Positions 1-7,972 are shown, counted from the first letter of the stretch. The stretch: DNA of 25,333 bases from Oscillatoriaceae cyanobacterium Prado104 (GCA_025454405.1 JALOON010000042.1:1-25333), one strand, 5' to 3'. A program made the numbers and translations. Notes: generated by a model not told the origin, from the sequence alone.

Positions 1-621
1 GACCACGGTATTCTTGCCGAAGAATCCGGCAAATTAGGCGATGCAACTAGCAAATATTTGTGGGCGATCGATCCTTTAGACGGTACGACTAATTACGCCC
101 ATCAATATCCTTTTTGGGCAGTTTCGATCGGACTTTTAATCGCAGGTGTACCGCAAGTTGGAGTAGTTTTCGATCCGTTTCATAACGAATTATTTCGTGC
201 CGCTAAAGGAATGGGCGCTACCCGCAACCGACGGGCGATCGAAGTTTCCCAAAACTCGGAATTGAAAAGAAGCCTGTTAGTTACCGGTTTTGCTTACGAT
301 CGGCGCGAAACCACCGACAATAACTATGCCGAATTCTGCCACCTCACCCACCTCACCCAAGGCGTGCGGCGCAGCGGATCGGCATCCCTAGATCTGGCAC
401 ATGTAGCCTGCGGTCGCGTAGATGGCTACTGGGAACGCGGACTTTCCCCTTGGGACGTAGCAGCCGGCGTACTCATCGTCTCGGAAGCCGGAGGTAAAGT
501 TACAGCTTACGACAGCAGTCCCTTTGAGATGGATTCCGGTCGGGTTTTGGCAACTAACGGTCGCATTCACGCCGAACTCAGCAGCGCCCTGCAGCAAGTT
601 CCTCCCTTATCGGCTTGGTAG
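1..621 (+). CDS. Inositol monophosphatase (IMPase/SuhB) family phosphatase, 5' end cut by the window edge
   Basis: Frame 1 is open from nt 1 into ORF 58..621. Motifs ILAEESG and WAIDPLDGTTNY (metal-binding DPLDGT) and the C-terminal GVRRSGSASLDLAHVACGRVDGYWE are typical of the IMPase fold. Stop at 619-621. Confidence 0.8.
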   Translation, partial: DHGILAEESGKLGDATSKYLWAIDPLDGTTNYAHQYPFWAVSIGLLIAGVPQVGVVFDPFHNELFRAAKGMGATRNRRAIEVSQNSELKRSLLVTGFAYDRRETTDNNYAEFCHLTHLTQGVRRSGSASLDLAHVACGRVDGYWERGLSPWDVAAGVLIVSEAGGKVTAYDSSPFEMDSGRVLATNGRIHAELSSALQQVPPLSAW

Positions 622-708
622 CGGCCCGCACTCAGGGATCGGCAATACTACGGGGGTCACAACCCCTTAACTAAGGCTAAATTAAAGAATAGTGGCAAGC
701 CCGGCAAA

Positions 709-737
709 CAGTTGACAGTTGACAGTTGACAGTTGAG
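709..737. repeat. (CAGTTGA)4 heptamer tandem repeat
   Basis: cagttgacagttgacagttgacagttgag, read directly. The same family occurs at 3422-3471 and, reverse-complemented, at 9678-9710. Confidence 0.9.
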
Positions 738-843
738 GGCGATGTTTTTGGGACGGGGAGTTCAACCGAGTCCGAAACACAATCCGCCACCCCGCAGGCG
801 GGGGCTTGAGACCCTTGATATTTGGTAAGGAATAGTAAGCATT

Positions 844-1803
844 ATGTCTTTTGAAGCAACAAAAGGACTGTTCAAGTTTGATTTTACAGACCAGCACGCC
901 ATCTTAGGAGTTCCCTTGGATGCGGAATTCAACGACATCCGCAAGCGGTACATGAAAATCGTCCGCCGCTTGCACTCGGATACTTGCCCTTTTGAAGACG
1001 AAGCGGACAAGGATTGGGCGAACCAATTTTTATCAAAAGTGGTCAACCCGGCCTACAATAAATTCTCCAAAGACAGCGATCGCAAGGAATACAGCCTGCT
1101 GTTAACAGCGATTGTCAAGCGCGTCGCTAAAGAACAGCCGATAATGCAAGTCGAAAGCAATGCAGCCAAGCAGTTAGCTAGCGCAGCAGATTTGCAAGCA
1201 GCTTACACGACGGCAGTTCTCAAACTCGCTGACAAGCAATACGAATCCAAGGAACAAGCCCTGGAGGCGATCGAGCAGATTAGCGAGCTTAACATGGTTT
1301 ACCTGCTGCGCAAAGAGCAAAGAGGCGGCGGCGTAATTTCAGTCCAGCAGCCTGCTGCCGCAAAACCCGCAGCCCCAGCCAACCCCGCCCCCGCAGCCGC
1401 AGCCGCCAAGCCGGTCGCCCAGCCAGCCGCTGCCCCTGCTGCACCGCCACCGCCACAGCCCAAACCCATAGTTTCTGTGGCAGAACAATCTTGCGGTCGA
1501 GCTCAAGGATTCATGGACAGCAAAAATTACGCCAAAGCAACTTTGGAGTTGAAAGAAGCCCTGAAGCGCGAACCGAAAAATAGCAAGGCTCACGCTATGT
1601 TAGCCATGTGTTATTTTCAACAAGGTCAAGCCACAATGGCTAAACTTGAAGTCCAAAAAGCTTTGGCATCAGACCCTCAAGAACCGACGGCTTTAGAAGT
1701 TAAGAAAAAACTGGAACAGCCCGCTGCTGGGGCTAAAGGCAAAAAAGACGAAAAACCGGGCGGATTTTTTGGAAGTTTGTTTGGCGGAGGGAAGAAAAAG
1801 TAG
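844..1803 (+). CDS. J-domain-like protein with Pro/Ala-rich linker and C-terminal TPR-like repeats (HPD replaced by HSD)
   Basis: N-terminus DQHAILGVPLDAEFNDIRKRYMKIVRRLHSD resembles a DnaJ J-domain helix II/III, but the tripeptide is HSD rather than HPD. The middle is a low-complexity AAKPAAPANPAPAAAA linker. The C-terminus (KNYAKATLELKEALKREPKNSKAHAMLAMCYFQQGQ) is TPR-like. ATG start. Confidence 0.55.
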   Translation: MSFEATKGLFKFDFTDQHAILGVPLDAEFNDIRKRYMKIVRRLHSDTCPFEDEADKDWANQFLSKVVNPAYNKFSKDSDRKEYSLLLTAIVKRVAKEQPIMQVESNAAKQLASAADLQAAYTTAVLKLADKQYESKEQALEAIEQISELNMVYLLRKEQRGGGVISVQQPAAAKPAAPANPAPAAAAAKPVAQPAAAPAAPPPPQPKPIVSVAEQSCGRAQGFMDSKNYAKATLELKEALKREPKNSKAHAMLAMCYFQQGQATMAKLEVQKALASDPQEPTALEVKKKLEQPAAGAKGKKDEKPGGFFGSLFGGGKKK

Positions 1804-2079
1804 GTGGCATTTTACCAGCACAATTTAAATAGTTGCAAGATTGAAAATAGGTGAACGGAGTAAGAACGGACAAGAAAATTAATAATTGATGGCACTTGAA
1901 TTTGTTAAAGTCGAATGCGGAAATTGTAGCGTTCGGCTTTAACCTGTTCATCTAAGGTTGAGGTTTTAACTCCCATTTGATGCGAGAGGCAAGGACAAAA
2001 ACTTTGGCGATCGAGCAAAAGACAGGAGTAGAGATGGGCGATCGATCCGAAAGGGCGATATTTAAGCCAGATTTGGTAT

Positions 2080-2180
2080 AAAATCTAAAATCTAAAATCT
2101 AAAAGACTCTGCCACCGAAAGCCCAGCTTTCAACGGCAACAATTCCCAATCTAAAATCTAAAATCTAAAATCTAAAATCC
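2080..2180. repeat. Two (AAAATCT)n heptamer arrays (2080-2104 x3 and 2148-2180 x4.5) flanking the hisZ promoter region; the second abuts the hisZ ATG
   Basis: taaaatctaaaatctaaaatct and aatctaaaatctaaaatctaaaatctaaaatcc, read directly. The hisZ ATG is at 2183. Confidence 0.9.
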
Positions 2181-2182
2181 AC

Positions 2183-3421
2183 ATGGTTCACCAACCTCCA
2201 TCGGGTGCAAGAGATTTATTACCCCTTGACGTTGCCCAAAAAATTTCGATCGAACGCCGCTTGCAGGAAGTGTTTCACCGCTGGGGCTATCACCGAATTA
2301 TTACTCCGACTTTAGAAAGGCTGAAAACTTTGATGGCCGGAGGCGCGATCGACCGATCGACCCTAATTCAATTCCAAGATGCCGAAGACGGAGAATTAGG
2401 GTTGCGATCGGAATTAACAGCTTCGATCGCCCGCGCGGCTGCGATGCGAATGGCCGGGACTTCTTGGCAACCCCAGCGCCTCTACTACAACGCGAATGTC
2501 TTCCGCAAAGATCCCGATCCCGGCAGCGGCGGCCAGCAGGAATTCTATCAAGCTGGCGTGGAGTTGTTGGGCGCGGGAGGAACAGTCGCGGATGCAGAAA
2601 TATTGTTGTTGCTGTCGGAATGCTTGCAGATTTTGGGAATTGACGGCTGGCACTTGGTGGTGGGCGAAGCAGGGTTGACTGCCAGTTTGTTAGAAGCTTT
2701 TGAGCCTAATTTGCGGGAAAAAGTTCGAGAGGCAATTGCCAATCTCGATCGCATTGCTTTGGAAACTTTGCCGCTGTCACCCGCAATGCGAGACAGGGCG
2801 ATGCTGTTATTTGACTTGCGCGGCCGCCCGGAAGATGTGCTGCCAATTGTAGCGAATTTAGATTTAGATGCGACGCAGCAAACAGCATTAAACAATCTCA
2901 AATCCGCGATCGAATTGCTGCACAAATGCCAGTCAAAAATCCCCAATTTGCAATCTCAAATTCACCTCGATTTGAGTTTGATTCAAACTTTTGATTATTA
3001 CACGGGAATCGTGTTTGAAGTCGTCAGCAGCAGCCAGACGGGACAGCGAGTTTTGGGACAGGGGGGACGGTACGATCGACTGTTGGGACTGTTCGACCCG
3101 CAGGGGCAAAATGCCCCCGGCATCGGGTTTTGCCTGAATATTGAAGATTTGCACCAAATTTTGCTCGCCGAGGGTCAGTTGCTCAAGGAAACCCCTCCTA
3201 GCGAATGGTTGGTAGTGCCTGTGACTGCTGATGCGGTGGCGGCTGCTTTTGCCTACGCCCGCAAACTCCGAGATTCTACTCATTTAGTTCGGGTAGAAAT
3301 AGATTTGGAAATGCGCGAAAGTCCTGAAGAGGCAAGGGAATACGCGCGCGATCGGCGAATTGCTCAAATTGCTTGGGTAAATGTCGAAGGGTTCCCAACA
3401 ATTGAAAGGGTAAATAGTTAA
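2183..3421 (+). CDS. hisZ: ATP phosphoribosyltransferase regulatory subunit HisZ (HisRS paralog)
   Basis: Class-II aaRS/HisRS-like motifs are present: PSGARDLLP at the N-terminus, GGQQEFYQAGVELLG (motif-2-like but without the catalytic Arg, as in HisZ) and GQGGRYDRLLG (motif 3). At 412 aa there is no anticodon-binding domain signature. Confidence 0.7.
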   Translation: MVHQPPSGARDLLPLDVAQKISIERRLQEVFHRWGYHRIITPTLERLKTLMAGGAIDRSTLIQFQDAEDGELGLRSELTASIARAAAMRMAGTSWQPQRLYYNANVFRKDPDPGSGGQQEFYQAGVELLGAGGTVADAEILLLLSECLQILGIDGWHLVVGEAGLTASLLEAFEPNLREKVREAIANLDRIALETLPLSPAMRDRAMLLFDLRGRPEDVLPIVANLDLDATQQTALNNLKSAIELLHKCQSKIPNLQSQIHLDLSLIQTFDYYTGIVFEVVSSSQTGQRVLGQGGRYDRLLGLFDPQGQNAPGIGFCLNIEDLHQILLAEGQLLKETPPSEWLVVPVTADAVAAAFAYARKLRDSTHLVRVEIDLEMRESPEEAREYARDRRIAQIAWVNVEGFPTIERVNS

Positions 3422-3471
3422 TAGTTGACAGTTGACAGTTGACAGTTGACAGTTGACAGTTGATAGTTGAC
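3422..3471. repeat. (AGTTGAC)7 heptamer tandem repeat immediately after the hisZ stop
   Basis: tagttgacagttgacagttgacagttgacagttgacagttgatagttgac, read directly. Confidence 0.9.
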
Positions 3472-3774
3472 TATCCCCATCCCCCAATTGAAAATCGACA
3501 ATCGATTGACAGCCAACAGCTAGGTAATTAGAAATTGGGAATTTGTTAAAAATTAATAAGTGTGGTATGATGTAGGCGATCGCGAGCAGATTAAGTAGGA
3601 AGCTGTCAATAAACCTTAAGGCATAACAGAATGTCGGGTGATCGCGCTATCTGCGATAGTTTTGCTTCAGTCTGTTACGCTCGCAAATGACAAACTTAAT
3701 GTATTTTCCCACCCATCAAAAATCCTACATCCAAAACCCACAATTCGCAATCAAAAATCCAAAATCTAAAATCT

Positions 3775-3899
3775 AAAATCGAATATTCGCCAATCGAAAA
3801 TCCTCAATCGAAAATCCAAAATCCAAAATCTAAAATCGAATATTCGCCAATCGAAAATCCTCAATCGAAAATCCAAAATCCAAAATCTAAAATCGAATC
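3775..3899. repeat. 57-bp tandem duplication x2 (+11 bp partial third copy) built from AAAATCN heptamers, ending at the ferredoxin start codon
   Basis: Unit aaaatcgaatattcgccaatcgaaaatcctcaatcgaaaatccaaaatccaaaatct at 3775-3831 and 3832-3888. Then aaaatcgaatc, then ATG at 3900. Confidence 0.85.
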
Positions 3900-4127
3900 A
3901 TGGCTCATACTATTGTTACGAATACTTGTGAAGGGGTTGCTGATTGCGTCGGTGCTTGTCCGGTAGCTTGCATTCACCCCGGTCCCGGCAAAAATACCAA
4001 GGGTACTGATTGGTACTGGATTGATTTTGATACTTGTATAGACTGCGGAATTTGCTTGCAAGTATGTCCGGTTGAAGGCGCGATCGTCCCTGACGAAAGG
4101 CCCGAATTGCAGCAAACTCCTAAATAA
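3900..4127 (+). CDS. Small 2x[4Fe-4S]-type (7Fe-like) ferredoxin
   Basis: 75 aa with CEGVADCVGACPVAC (C-x5-C-x3-CP) and CIDCGICLQVCP (CxxCxxCxxxCP) cluster motifs. ATG sits immediately after a 57-bp tandem duplication. Confidence 0.8.
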   Translation: MAHTIVTNTCEGVADCVGACPVACIHPGPGKNTKGTDWYWIDFDTCIDCGICLQVCPVEGAIVPDERPELQQTPK

Positions 4128-4174
4128 AAATTTCGATCGCCCGTTGCAATTCATCCCAAAAAATTGACTGGAAA

Positions 4175-4957
4175 TTATCCAATTCGATCCAATAACTGCC
4201 GCATCCATTCGCGATCGACCTCACTAAATGCAGGTGGCGGTGGAGACTGGGTATAGTCGATCGACAAATCGTACCCTGCTTCATCGTAGATAGCATTCAA
4301 AGCAGCTTGTAAATCGAGAACTGCATCGGCATCAGGTTCTCGTAACGGAACGGGAATTGTAGGAAGAATATCCTGTAACGTCAATGTCCAAAGGTCAATA
4401 ACTCCCGATCCAGCGCGGGTGAGAGAAATTAAGTAGGGTACTGAAGGAATGCGCAGATAATTCAACGGACGGGTTCCCCTGCGCAACAAATCAATTTCAA
4501 TTAAATGGACGTTAGCGTTATAAAGACGCTGGCGTTTTTTGCGGTAGTCCGTGATATTTGGTTCGCGCTTGTTTGCAGGGGAAAGAATTTCGATACAGGA
4601 TACCAGTACATTGTTCGCTGTATCCCTAATCTCAACAGTAGGGATGCGAACTGCAACGGGCTGCATGACAGGAAGCGTCAGTGATGCGGGAGTTGTGGCA
4701 ACATTTGACAAGCGGTTTGGTACTTCTCTAGTGTTGCGGTTTTGCGGTATTTGCAACACTTCTACATCGGGATAAAGGATACCAATTTCATTCTCAAAAG
4801 AACTGTCTTCCACTACATAAATTTCCAAACGGGCGACATATTTGGGGCGTAACTGCGGTGCGAGAAAAGCACGAATTTTGCTCGCCAAGGCGTTATGTAC
4901 GTCCGGCCACAATGCGGCTTCGAGGTAGGGGTCCATACCGGGGAAAGGGGAAGGCAT
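4175..4957 (-). CDS. DUF4058 family protein (Uma2-like, putative PD-(D/E)XK nuclease fold)
   Basis: N-terminus MPSPFPGMDPYLEAALWPDVH is the hallmark of cyanobacterial DUF4058 paralogs. The internal YPDVEV...IEILSPANK...YRKKRQRLY...HLIEIDLL resembles the Uma2/DUF820 PD-(D/E)XK core. Confidence 0.7.
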   Translation of the reverse strand: MPSPFPGMDPYLEAALWPDVHNALASKIRAFLAPQLRPKYVARLEIYVVEDSSFENEIGILYPDVEVLQIPQNRNTREVPNRLSNVATTPASLTLPVMQPVAVRIPTVEIRDTANNVLVSCIEILSPANKREPNITDYRKKRQRLYNANVHLIEIDLLRRGTRPLNYLRIPSVPYLISLTRAGSGVIDLWTLTLQDILPTIPVPLREPDADAVLDLQAALNAIYDEAGYDLSIDYTQSPPPPAFSEVDREWMRQLLDRIG

Positions 4958-5078
4958 TTTTTAGAAACTTACTAATTGCCGTTTTCAAGTAGATTTTGCT
5001 ATTAGCTTTTGATGCTTGCGTCTATTTTGGCACTGGTTTCACTCAAATGTCTAGAATACTTTAGGAATTACCCAAAAA

Positions 5079-5184
5079 GTTGGTAGTGGGGACTTCAGTC
5101 CTCAAAGGACTAAAGTCCTCACTACCAACCAGGTTGGTAGTGGGGACTTCAGTCCTCAAAAGACTAAAGTTTTCACTACGAACC
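5079..5184. repeat. Tandem pair of ~52-bp palindromic elements (gttggtagtgGggacttcagtcctcaaaggactaaagtcctcactaccaacc); MITE/REP-like
   Basis: Copy 1 at 5079-5130, copy 2 at 5131-5184. Each folds into a compound hairpin (ggtagtg..ggact / agtcctcactacc) with an inner agtcc/ggact stem. Related fragments occur at 13780-13806 and 25018-25057. Confidence 0.8.
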
Positions 5185-5231
5185 TGTAATTGCGAACCTG
5201 TAGTTACGAAACAGATCGTTGGAAAAAATTT

Positions 5232-6272
5232 CTAAGTATCTGATATCAGAGGAAAGTTATCAGTTGCCAAAACTAGTCCGTTTTTGAGAGTTGCGATCGC
5301 CCCTGCTTGAGGAATACTTTTAATTAGTGCCAGCCCTTTTTCTGCACCGAGAACAAACGCAGCAGTAGACAATCCATCCGCTTCCATACCGCTAGATGCT
5401 AATACTGTAACGCTGGAAAATTCTTGTGGCGATTTACCCGTATGCGGATCGAAAATATGATGGTTAATGCAGTCTTCGCTGAATTTCGTTGCGTAATCAC
5501 CGGAAGTGGCAATAAATTGATTTTGTGGCTGTACAAATCCTAGATTTGCATTCATTTGGCGGGGGTTTTGAATGCCGATTTTCCAAGGAATTCCGGCTGC
5601 TTTTTGTCCCCAACTGCCGATTTCACCTGTATCTAGCAAAGCATTCTCAATGCCGTAGTTTTTAAGTACCGCAAGAACTCGATCGCTCGCAAAACCTTGT
5701 GCGATTCCGTTTAAAGTAATTGCCATTCCCGACTGAATAAATTGGATGCGTTTTGCGGATACTTCCAGATTGTTCCAGTTTACCAATTGCCTCGCTCGAT
5801 CGATTACTTCCCCTTCAGGCAACTTTCCTAATTTCTCAGCTTGCGCGCAAGCTTCCCACAAAGGCTGCACCGTGATATCAAAAGCACCGCCACTCAATTC
5901 TGAGAGATTTTGAGCGCCATGCAATACTTTCACTAAATCGGGATGGGGTAACTCCAGCCAGCCCTGACGATTCAGTTGGCTGACTTGACTTTCGGGGCGG
6001 TAAATGCTCATCAACTGTTCGATGCGATGCACTTCTCGCAGGGCTGCCGCGATCGCAGATTTAGCAAGATTAACATCCTCATGTACTGCGGTAATCGATA
6101 CATTCGTACCCATAGCGTAGGAAGTATCTCGTACCAATTTTAATCCGGTTTTTTCCCATGGTATAAAACTTGTTTGCTTTCCACCTAAGCGATTGATTAG
6201 CCCGCGCCCGCACAGCATCACGATCGCTCCTGCAGAGGCCATCAAAACTTTCCGACGCGCGATCGAATTCAT
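5232..6272 (-). CDS. apbE: FAD:protein FMN transferase ApbE, probably Tat-exported
   Basis: ApbE family motifs YAMGTNVSIT, GGAFDITV and SGDYATKF. N-terminus MNSIARRKVLMASAGAIV looks like a twin-arginine signal. It lies directly downstream of an FMN_bind-domain gene on the same strand. Confidence 0.8.
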   Translation of the reverse strand: MNSIARRKVLMASAGAIVMLCGRGLINRLGGKQTSFIPWEKTGLKLVRDTSYAMGTNVSITAVHEDVNLAKSAIAAALREVHRIEQLMSIYRPESQVSQLNRQGWLELPHPDLVKVLHGAQNLSELSGGAFDITVQPLWEACAQAEKLGKLPEGEVIDRARQLVNWNNLEVSAKRIQFIQSGMAITLNGIAQGFASDRVLAVLKNYGIENALLDTGEIGSWGQKAAGIPWKIGIQNPRQMNANLGFVQPQNQFIATSGDYATKFSEDCINHHIFDPHTGKSPQEFSSVTVLASSGMEADGLSTAAFVLGAEKGLALIKSIPQAGAIATLKNGLVLATDNFPLISDT

Positions 6273-6424
6273 ATTTTTTCCTCCTAATTTTAATTATTGG
6301 TAACTGGTGTCAATCGTTGGGTTGTAGCGGTTTTTTGAGAGTTACTGCTTTACTGGTTCCTAGGCTGTGCCTGGGAACCCAGATCTAGAGGCTCTGCCTC
6401 GCGTACTTTCAGGCAGATTAAACA

Positions 6425-7318
6425 TCATTTTTTCACAGCTTTTTGCAGTGCATCTTCAATTGCTAGTAACAATGATTTGCTGGTAGTAGTTGCTCCCGTC
6501 ACCCCGTCCAAATCCACTTTTTGCGCCCTAATAACTTTTCTCGTCACCCCTTCCGCCAGCAGTGGATAAAGAGCCGATCGATTGCTGATAATATCAATCC
6601 GAGTAATTTGATGTTGGGCAACAGTTACATCTACAGCATAAGTAAAGCCGCCTCCTGTTTCTTCCCCCCGATAGGTGCCATCGGCAACAGTTGCTAAATT
6701 TACTGGTGCAACGGGTTGTCGGCGGTAGGATTGCAAAACGACATTTTGCTGGTACAGATATAGGGCAACTGCGATCGCCACTACCGCGCCAATTACTAAT
6801 GTTGCCTTGCGATTAATTTGCAAGGGCTTTTTGCGCGTTCCCCACGGTTTAAACACAGAAATTACTACAACTGAGATTAAGATTGCCAACTCTAACCAAG
6901 TCCATCGAATCGTATTTGAAACAGCTTGCAGGTATGCCGGATCGCTTAGCGCATCAAGTCGCAAAGCATCGGAGATTGCAGCCATGCTGTTAATGGCTGG
7001 AGTTGAAATCGCCGTAATAAAAAAGCCAAAAAAGAAGATGATTGCCCACTTCAGCGCTATCCAATGAAATTTGAATGCACCCCAATTAGTGAAGAGTGAA
7101 AAGCACAATCCAGTATACAAAAAGCCAAACATGGCATTGGTAACAGCATAGTCGTGGATGTAGAAAATCGTGCGATCGATCGCGGCTAATTCGTCGCCAT
7201 TTTGAATGCCTGCTTTTGCGTGTACCAGCAACAGCATTGCCACCAATCCACCCACCCAAATTGTTGCTAACAAAATATGAATGCTCAGCAGGATGCGTCT
7301 AGTCGTCGGATTGAACAT
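6425..7318 (-). CDS. Polytopic membrane protein with C-terminal extracytoplasmic FMN-binding (FMN_bind) domain carrying a flavinylation motif
   Basis: Roughly 5 hydrophobic TM segments in residues 1-200. The C-terminal ~80 aa has the FMN_bind signature DLDGVTGATTTS (ApbE target motif D-x-x-[ST]-G-A-T), encoded at about 6479..6514. An apbE gene is adjacent. Confidence 0.7.
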   Translation of the reverse strand: MFNPTTRRILLSIHILLATIWVGGLVAMLLLVHAKAGIQNGDELAAIDRTIFYIHDYAVTNAMFGFLYTGLCFSLFTNWGAFKFHWIALKWAIIFFFGFFITAISTPAINSMAAISDALRLDALSDPAYLQAVSNTIRWTWLELAILISVVVISVFKPWGTRKKPLQINRKATLVIGAVVAIAVALYLYQQNVVLQSYRRQPVAPVNLATVADGTYRGEETGGGFTYAVDVTVAQHQITRIDIISNRSALYPLLAEGVTRKVIRAQKVDLDGVTGATTTSKSLLLAIEDALQKAVKK

Positions 7319-7349
7319 CTTGTTCGTACTCCTGACAAACTGATAGGAT

Positions 7350-7856
7350 ATGACAATATTGTGTCATTATGACAGGATACTGTCAAGTATGGTCGAGCAA
7401 CAAATTTATTCTCCGGCTGGCGAGGCGTTTACCGAATTGGTGTTGGAGATATTTCGGGTGAATGGGTGTCTGTTGGCTGAGGGCGATCGCATGACAGCCG
7501 ATTTAAACTTAACCAGCGCTCGCTGGCAGGTGATGGGCGCGATCGGGCGCGAAGCGATACCAGTGGCGCAAATTGCGCGCAAAATGGGGCTGAGGCGGCA
7601 AAGCGTGCAACGTCTGGTGGATATTCTGGCGGGTGAAGGGCTAGTTGAGTTTAAGCCCAATCCCGAGCACCAAAGGGCGAAGCTAGTAAAACTGACAGAA
7701 ATTGGGTGGCAAAAGCTCGATCGAATCAATCAAATAGAGGTAGGTTGGGCGAACAATATTAGCCGTGAAATGGATGTTGAAAAATTAAAGAATGCTGTTG
7801 AAATATTGCAGCAAATTCGCAAACATTTGACAGCTTGTGGGAGTTGTGAGTTGTGA
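7350..7856 (+). CDS. MarR family transcriptional regulator; true start probably ATG 7389
   Basis: Winged-helix MarR core ARWQVMGAI...VAQIARKMGLRRQSVQRLVDILAGEGLVEFKPNPEHQRAKLVKLTEIGWQKL. The first 13 codons of the track ORF overlap operator-like palindromes at 7351-7385, so the in-frame ATG at 7389 (MVEQQ...) is more plausible. Confidence 0.75.
   Translation: MTILCHYDRILSSMVEQQIYSPAGEAFTELVLEIFRVNGCLLAEGDRMTADLNLTSARWQVMGAIGREAIPVAQIARKMGLRRQSVQRLVDILAGEGLVEFKPNPEHQRAKLVKLTEIGWQKLDRINQIEVGWANNISREMDVEKLKNAVEILQQIRKHLTACGSCEL
7351..7385. promoter_or_regulatory. Array of alternating TGACA/TGTCA half-sites; candidate MarR operator in the divergent promoter region
   Basis: Read directly: TGACAatattgTGTCA (7351-7366), TGTCAttaTGACA (7362-7374) and TGACAGgataCTGTCA (7370-7385). 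They sit between the divergent FMN_bind/apbE operon start (7318) and the marR start. Confidence 0.5.
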
Positions 7857-7899
7857 GTTGAGGGTTGAGAGTTTTGAGTTGAGAGTTGAGAATAATTCT

Positions 7900-7964
7900 G
7901 AGTTTTGAGTTTTGAATTTTGAATTTTCTTTAACTCAAAACTCAAAACTCAACATTCAAAACTC
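7900..7964. terminator. Long imperfect hairpin from inverted heptamer arrays, (GAGTTTT)n loop (AAAACTC)n; bidirectional terminator candidate between convergent genes
   Basis: 5' arm gagttttgagttttgaattttgaatttt, loop cttta, 3' arm actcaaaactcaaaactcaacattcaaaactc. It lies between the marR stop (7856) and the stop of the minus-strand ATP-grasp gene (7973). U-rich on both strands. Confidence 0.5.
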
Positions 7965-7972
7965 CTTACCCA

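Noticed and set aside
3284-3487. ORF 3284..3487(-) 67 aa, with similar ORFs 682..897(-), 7730..7945(-) and 9354..9767(+)
   Set aside because: They are encoded entirely by heptamer tandem repeats (QLSTVNCQLSTVNCQL and similar), have low-complexity translations, and overlap intergenic repeats. They are artefacts of repeat periodicity.
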